This document shows positions 56,089 to 64,000 of a DNA stretch of 64,000 bases, piece by piece. The notes below the pieces were generated by a model. It was given only the letters and a program-made list of their open reading frames with translations. It was not told the DNA's origin and did not search any database. Source of the stretch: the human T2T-CHM13v2.0 reference genome, Homo sapiens; the NCBI RefSeq assembly GCF_009914755.1, contig NC_060925.1; one strand, written 5' to 3'. How positions within the stretch are numbered: the first letter of the stretch is position 1; each line of letters opens with the position of its first letter. The position numbers and the translations under genes are program-made.

Positions 56089-58148
56089 CCATAGCTGGTA
56101 GTCACGACGAGGAGACAACTGTGTAGGGTCAATATCTGGGCCAACCATCCTGAGGAACTGTGAGGTTTAGAACTGGAAATTGTCAAGAGAATCCGAACCC
56201 AGCTACCATATAAGAGAGTTCAACTTATGTTCAATGTGAATGCCATGGCAATATTAAAAGGTAAGAATTCGATCCATACGTACTTGAGGTAAATAGGAGA
56301 AACCTAGAATTTATGTAAACAGTGAGAAGATTGGATGCGTTTTCCGTCTCATATTTTAATACTGGCAGCATATTATATATGTCAAACCATCAGGCATTCA
56401 GAAATACATGCTTATGAAAATTTTTTGCACCATCAGACAAAAGACAAGGGTAGAAGACATTTGTAACCCTATAAACACTAGTAAATTAAAAACAGAAGGA
56501 CCTTAATGTCCTAACATACCTGTGTTGTGAAAGGCTGCCCTGTGAAATACCGGATTTCTTAAACATATTTTAAAAATCATAGGCGTCAATATTTTTTAGA
56601 TATCCTTTTAAATTTTCTCGTTATTTTACAATGCCTATTTATTTATTTAGTGGCTCTGCTGATTTTGATGTATATCCAAAACTTTATATTTTCTTTAAAA
56701 GATGTTTTATACAACTTTATGTAAAATGTTTCTGTATCTTCACATTCTCTCCCTGTCCTTTTGTTTTGCTCTTATATGGTGGTCCTGAGTCTTTTCTCTG
56801 GCTTTTCAAACCTAGTAAGACTATGACACTAAAGTAACTTTGCCCGTGGTTTGATAATGCCTTCTAAAGCACATCCTAAGCTCTCGTGCATACAGGGGTC
56901 TCCTTTGAGCTCTGTGCTTTTGAGATCCCATACACCTAAATTCCAGTACTCCAAATCAGTACTGCTCAGTTTTAGTGACTAAGTTTAAAAATGTATTTTA
57001 ATAGCAAGTTAGTTTAGTGCCCTCTTGCTTCTTTCTTGACTGCTTGTATACATGTATATTCCTTTAAATGAATCTTGGAATTTATTTAAAAATATTAAAT
57101 TATACTAATGAAACTGTATAATGTTGTGAATTCATAAGTGAATTTGGAAAGAATTTGTCTTTATGATGCTAAATCCTTTTTATCCAAGAATCATATGTGT
57201 CTTTATATTTATTCCAGTCTATATTTATATCACTGAGTAAATACATAGAAATGTGGATAAATACAGCTGTAGTTACAGATACAAATATAGATATAGCCTG
57301 TTAAATCTATATCTATCCCATATAACATATATACATGTTATATGTGTGTGTTTATATATATATGTTTATGTCATTAAAGAGCTCCCTTAATATTTTTCTT
57401 TTATTTCCCATAAAATTTAGGTCGAGCTTGAATTTTGCTTGTATAAACAAGTAAAAATTTATACTAGTTTTAATACTGATGTTTAGACATTGTATCTTAT
57501 TTTAGTGCTGAATATTTTCACAATTATTATAAATATCATCTAATAATAATAATGTACCTGATAAAAATATTTAAAATTTTACCTTTGAATTATTTTATTG
57601 TTGAATTAAAATTCCTTTAATATGATAGTCAATTTCTGTTTTATGCTTTCTCTATGCATATGCAAATTAATGTATCCACTTCTCTGTCTCTATGTAGTAA
57701 CATATGAAAATCAGGCCTCTCTTCTTCTAATGGACATACACATGTTTGCATATAGAATATCAGACCCTTTATAGCATTTAAAACCTTTAAAGACATGAAT
57801 ATTGCCTTTTAACAAACATATTTTAGCATGTACTGAGAATCCCCTATTTATTTTTAATTTGGGCTAATCAATACGATTATTAATATTACTGGATTACCAA
57901 ATTTGGAAACACACTTTCATCCCGAAGGTGGATATTTGTTTTTTTTTTTTTTTTGCCAATTTCTTGTCTTACTGTTTCAAATATTGTTGGATATTATTTG
58001 TATTTTATTTGGCATTTTAGTATCAACATTTGTAATTGAGGTACTCTACATATTTTTTCATCAATATCTGGTGGGTTTCATAGTTACTGCTATATTGGAT
58101 TTGTAGTAGACATTGACAAAAATTATTCCTGTATGTTTTATAGCTGTA

Positions 58149-58697
58149 TGAAGGAAACTAATATATTTTACCCCTAAATATATTTCCTTGATATATTTCA
58201 AAATGGCTATTGAGAAGGGCTGGAAAAGCAATGTTAGCTGCAAAGCTGTCTTGGGGAGATTTGCATCGGTAGAGAATCTGCCCTGATGCAGCCAGGTTTT
58301 CTCTGAGGTCTGCCCCCTTGTCTGGATCTAGGAAAGGTTAACTGAGAGGCTAAGTCTCCAAAGGTCTGAAAGAAACATTTTCTTTCTATTCTCTCTGAGG
58401 ACTACTCCCAGTGAGGTTCCACCTATATAATAAGTCCACTGTTGCTAGCCAGGGTCGTTTTCTCACATAACCTTTTTCTTTCTTTTCCCTGTGATCCAAG
58501 ACCCCATTTTTCTGTAAACTTCATGTGGTAGATAAGCTTCTGCACGCATCGTGTGACTGGGTCTTCGTTCTAAGGGTTCCAGTGTACACACATTACAGAA
58601 ACCTGCATGCCTTTTCTACTCTTTATCTGCCTCCTATTAGTGATTTTCAGGGAGACTTCAGAAGACAAAAGGGACATTCTCCTTTAGCCTATTCTCA
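58149..58697 (+). mobile_element. ERV1 MER4-group solo LTR (LTR49/MER39-like)
   Basis: TGAAGGAAACTAATATATTTTACCCCTAAATATATTTC...GGGGAGATTTGCATC...; subfamily uncertain. Confidence 0.65.
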
Positions 58698-58900
58698 GAC
58701 CAATTCCCCCAACATTTAACTGATTCCTAATAGCTTAAAATCACTTTGAAAAATCCATATATTTATATCCTTTTCTTCCCTCTATGATTTCTGGTCAGCT
58801 TGGGTTTTGTTTTTCATTCCATTTACTTCATCCTCGAAAAGATCTATTTTACGTCTATTTATTCTCATTTATGGACATTGAGAAAAGAAAATAACTTTCA

Positions 58901-59331
58901 TGTGAGAAATGCAAGTCCTTTGAAATAATCAGGCCCAGAGAGATATTCAAATGACACAGCAGTTCTGTCCTGCTCCTCTTTGAGCTGTGTGTTCATCTAG
59001 GCTGCTTGCTGTTGCCACAGTAGCTATAAATTAACCAATAAGGCCACACCAGACACTATAATCCACACCCCATAATAGTGTAACAGTGTGTAGCCAGTCA
59101 CTAATAAATGTTATTTCCATAAGCCAATGAGAATTTGTGACAAACCTCTTTGCGTCATCACACTTCTGGACCCTTTTTTGCCTTTAAGTAACTTCTTGTT
59201 GCAAAGCTCCAAAGGGAGTTCACATCCAAGGATATTTGGGTCTGTTTCTTCCAGGCAGCTGTCCTCACTGTGGCTCAAGTAAACTCTTTGAATTACATTT
59301 TGTGCTTCAGCTCCTTCCACTTAGATTAACA
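58901..59331 (+). mobile_element. ERV1-class solo LTR, subfamily uncertain
   Basis: TG...CA ends, CCAAT box, CCTTTAAG, and the 3' motif GCTGTCCTCACTGTGGCTCAAGTAAACTCTTT. Confidence 0.6.
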
Positions 59332-59446
59332 ACATGGATTTGTGTCACCATGTACAGCAATTAAAATGTTTACACTTTTCCCCTCGAGAGCACTGATGTG
59401 TTTTCCTGAGCACTTGGAATAGCTACGTAGTGTTTCCTGTCTAGAT

Positions 59447-59632
59447 TATGGTTTCTCAACCTTGGTGCTACTTACCTTTAGGACCAGAGGATTCTTTGTT
59501 GTGGGAGGCTGCCCTAGCAATGATAGGTGTTTCGTTTGACCTCTAAATTTCACACCTCCACCAGTCTTGACATCCCCACGATAACCCTAGACATTGACAA
59601 ATGTCTCCTGGGGAAAACTCTCCACCAGTTGA
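59447..59632. mobile_element. MER20 (hAT-Charlie)
   Basis: GGTTTCTCAACCTTGG...ATTCTTTGTTGTGGGAGGCTGCCCT...AGACATTGACAAATGTCTCCTGGGG. Confidence 0.8.
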
Positions 59633-60612
59633 CAGGTAAAGTTCTGGAAATATTGGATTTGTCAATTGAGATTTTATGTTATCCAAAACAAATATTTTTC
59701 TTTGTTCTTAAACATCTACTTCCATCTACTTATCTACTTATTTTTACTTTTATTTGTAACTTAATTCCATCAAGGAGAGAGAGTGCATTTTCTGTTATGC
59801 TAAATTTTTGAAGAATGTATTGATATTTTATGACCTGATATATGGATGATATGTAGATATTACATGTTTGTATTATCAAATTTCAGGGTGATAATAAAAT
59901 AAATACTTATAATATTTATATTGTCACTGTATATTAGTTATTTTCTTTCTTCACTACAGGAGTTTTTCAACCTATAGGCTATGTTTCAATTCTAGGTTAT
60001 CCAGTAGATTTTGAAATGTTATGATTAAATATCTACTTCTCAAGCATTCATCTTTGCAAATGAAACAATCCTAAGCTCTTATAATACACATCATATAAAG
60101 GGCAGACTAGTCAATGTATGGTTCAGAAATAATTAAGTAATATTTATAAGAAAATTAAAAATTTATATCCTTAACTCAGATAACAATAATCCAAATTAAA
60201 ATTTGATTTCATTACATAATTTAAAATGACATCAGAATGCTAGTAAAAATTATACAAAAAATTTATGTAATCTTATTAAGCTGTGGGACTTTATTAGCAT
60301 AAATTCAAATACAGGAACCAAAGTAAGATTGAGACCTATAGTCAAAGGTTAAAATGTACACATTATAGGGGCATGATTAAACTAATTTAAAGCATAATAA
60401 CATGGAGAAATATTGCAAAACATACATTTTACTGAATTAATTGTTAGTATCTAATCATTTTGTGAGAACCAAATTAAAAAGTAGCTACACACGCACACAC
60501 CCACACACAAGTGCAATACTGTCAAATAAACGATGTTCAGCTACACTAGAAATCACACCTGTGTTTTCTCCACAGAAAAGATTAAAAATCGCAATAATTT
60601 TTATTGTACATA

Positions 60613-61546
<934 letters not shown>

Positions 61547-62914
61547 AGAGAAAAGACAAATATATAGGTGACAAATAATATTTAGAGTGTAAGACGCTTT
61601 TTAAAGGTATATTTGCAATTTGTGTCAAAACATTGAAATGTACATTTGTTATTTTAACAATAAAATTTCAATTAATTTAAGCCAAATACATAGTATATGC
61701 AGAAAATTTAGCAATATATCTATGTAGCACCTTACTGTGCATTATTGTAACCAGCCGTCTAATATAAAGAATTAAGGTAGCAGCTGCTTTCCAAATAGCG
61801 CATTTTTTTCACAGACCTATTAAATAAGACAAATAACATTTAAACTTTATTTTTAAATTTGCAGAATAGCAGTTTTCAGCAGATGGTTTATTTTAGCAAA
61901 TTCCATCTTCACATTGTGCTATGCTTTTATGAGTTCCAGCTGTTAACGGATACTATTTTACTGCTGAAACTATCCTGTGTGATATAATTGCTCATTATGT
62001 GCCTTAAAACACAAGCAATATAATTATTTTCAACTTGGAGCAAATTAAAATCTTATCAGCAATTTAAAATCTCTAGAGTCATCTTCTTCTGGTTAATTAT
62101 TTTAAACTTGTATTTTTCTCTTTATGTTTTTAGTGAGTTCTCTTATCAAGGAGAAGATCTCAAGGTGATTATTCTTTTTTTTCTCTTCCATGCACCTCGC
62201 AGGTGTGTTAATAATTTCATTTCTCAGAAAATATTCTTTCATATCTATCTTACAAGATGAGAGACCTTTTAATATCTTCCATTCGGATGTGATACCAGTA
62301 ATGGAACATATTCCAGCTTCATGAATATGGTGATACAAATAGTTATTCATCTAACCTCTTTCAGTGCCAAATGTTTACTATACTCAGTGAGTTACTCAGT
62401 TGACTGGTAATTTCTTCTGAAATCACTAATGAGAGGATCAGAGGTCTGGCTGTTGTCTGTACCTCATATGACTCCCAGTGCAGACAATTGTTTCTATGGA
62501 GCACAGACAGTTGAAAGGATTGACTTCCTGCCTAGAATAGTTTCTGCTGTGCTTCTTATCCTTCTTGTGGAGATTTCAGATTACCTGAATTGCTTTTCTA
62601 TCTTAAGAAAAAACGCAACAATTCTCCCACCTGAGAGGAATGTAAACTGAAGTAAGTTAACAGAACCAATCCATAAAGTTTTTACATTGTTTGTTGCAAA
62701 ATGCAGCGCTGGTGTCTCCATCACTAACCTTTTCTATCCCTCATTGCTCTTTCTTTGACTGCAATAGGATACCTCTATGCAAATCTGTATTCCCGAGACT
62801 GAGTGCCCTTTTGGTGAGCTATAAGCACACTCAATGGTAGGCTGAAATACTAGTTTTTATCTATGGCGAAATGGAATCATATCAGTGAATTTTTTAAAAA
62901 GGAAATTTAACTCT

Positions 62915-63100
62915 TGCTATGGTTTGAATGCTTGCCCCTTCCAATCTCATGTTAAAATTTGATCCCCAATGTTGCAGGTGGGGCTCACTGGGAGGTGTTT
63001 GGTCATGGGTTTGGACCTTCATGAATGGATAAAACTCTCCCTTAGAAATCTAAAGCTATCCTCCCTCCTCGGTGCCCTCAGGAATGAGTGTACCATTCCT
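62915..63100 (+). mobile_element. MST (MaLR) LTR 5' fragment
   Basis: TGCTATGGTTTGAATG...CTCATGTTAAAATTTGATCCCCAATGTTG...GGGAGGTGTTTGGTCATGGG. Confidence 0.8.
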
Positions 63101-63924
63101 TATTCACCTATGATTACCCCACCCATCCTTTTTGAGATATTGACTACATGTATGTTACACTGATGCACATTGTCTGACCTATGAGTGAGTTTCTGGTTTT
63201 CTTATTTTAGTTTACCGTTTGTCCTTTAGTTTGTAATGCTTCCAATTTGTTCTATAAATGTTCTGATGTTAGGGTAAAATCCATTACTTATTCTATCTCA
63301 TGGAATTTTTATTTCAAGTATTTATTTTTCATCTATATATGTCACATTTTTCATTTTATAACTTTTATTTTTCTCCTATATTTAATTTTCATTTAAGTAC
63401 CTTGACATATATATGTATTTATCTATATGTATTTATAAAATATATTTACTTTAAGGATCTTGAAATTTCCTTCTTTTCTGTCATTTATAAATGACTTATT
63501 TTTATCCTGTTAATATATATTTTAATTATATATGTCTTACAGCTTCTTTGCATTTCAGAGTTTTTTTTTGGGTATTTTGATGTTATGCTATTGAATATCT
63601 AGATTTTATTGGCTACCTTTGAATAATGTTGTGACAGGCAGTTCAGTAACTTCAGGATGAGTATTTGTCTGTTGTTTTAAATCTTCTCTTTAAACTTTGT
63701 TGAGTTAGTCTAGAGCCATCTGTAATTTGGAGCTAAATGAGCACTGTCACTAGGGCATGAACCTCCAGTGGTCTTTACTGAATATCCTGGAGGTACAGAG
63801 GGGATTCCCTTCTCTGATTAGAATTTGGAATATAAAGAGAAAAGAGAAAAATAGAAAGCTATGCATAAACACGTGCATTAAAATGAATTTTATGTGGGCT
63901 TTTTCATGAAAATGTTCCTAAGGT

Positions 63925-64000
63925 ATTTTATTTTTTTTATTGTGGTAAAATGCACATAACATAAAATGTAATCTGTTAACCATTTTAAGTGTACAGTTCA
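63925..64000 (-). mobile_element. L1MB-type 3' end, continuing out of the window
   Basis: TTTATTGTGGTAAAATGCACATAACATAAAA...TAACCATTTTAAGTGTACAGTTCA. Confidence 0.8.

Overview
Repeat-dense, AT-rich primate DNA, almost certainly human. It is most consistent with a chromosome 1 (1q21.1/1p11-12) segmental-duplication block carrying a variant U1 snRNA gene (RNVU1 family) and a PPIAL4 cyclophilin A retrogene; the exact paralogue cannot be fixed from sequence alone. The window opens on the first 25 nt of a minus-strand U1 variant (C9U and A14G relative to canonical U1), followed by its intact PSE/DSE promoter and a GC-rich segment with Sp1 and ETS-CRE motifs that could fire divergently. The only credible protein-coding ORF is the intronless 164-aa PPIAL4 (39010-39504, +). 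It has a poly(A) signal and a 15-bp target-site duplication (TSD), and sits inside an L1MC fragment that itself interrupts an ancient ERVL pol/dUTPase region. The rest is interspersed repeat: about 20 Alu/FLAM/FAM copies, two L1PA 3' ends, older L1/L2/MIR, MaLR and ERV1 LTRs, a near full-length dead Tigger3 transposon, and microsatellites. I cannot establish a previously undescribed system here. The best leads are (i) an in-frame splice acceptor in front of PPIAL4, of the kind used in TRIMCyp fusions and potentially fed by a divergent transcript from the vU1 promoter, and (ii) the altered splice-site-pairing end of the vU1. Repeat subfamily names and comparisons with canonical PPIA, U1 and TRIMCyp come from recalled consensus sequences, not database searches, and repeat boundaries are approximate.
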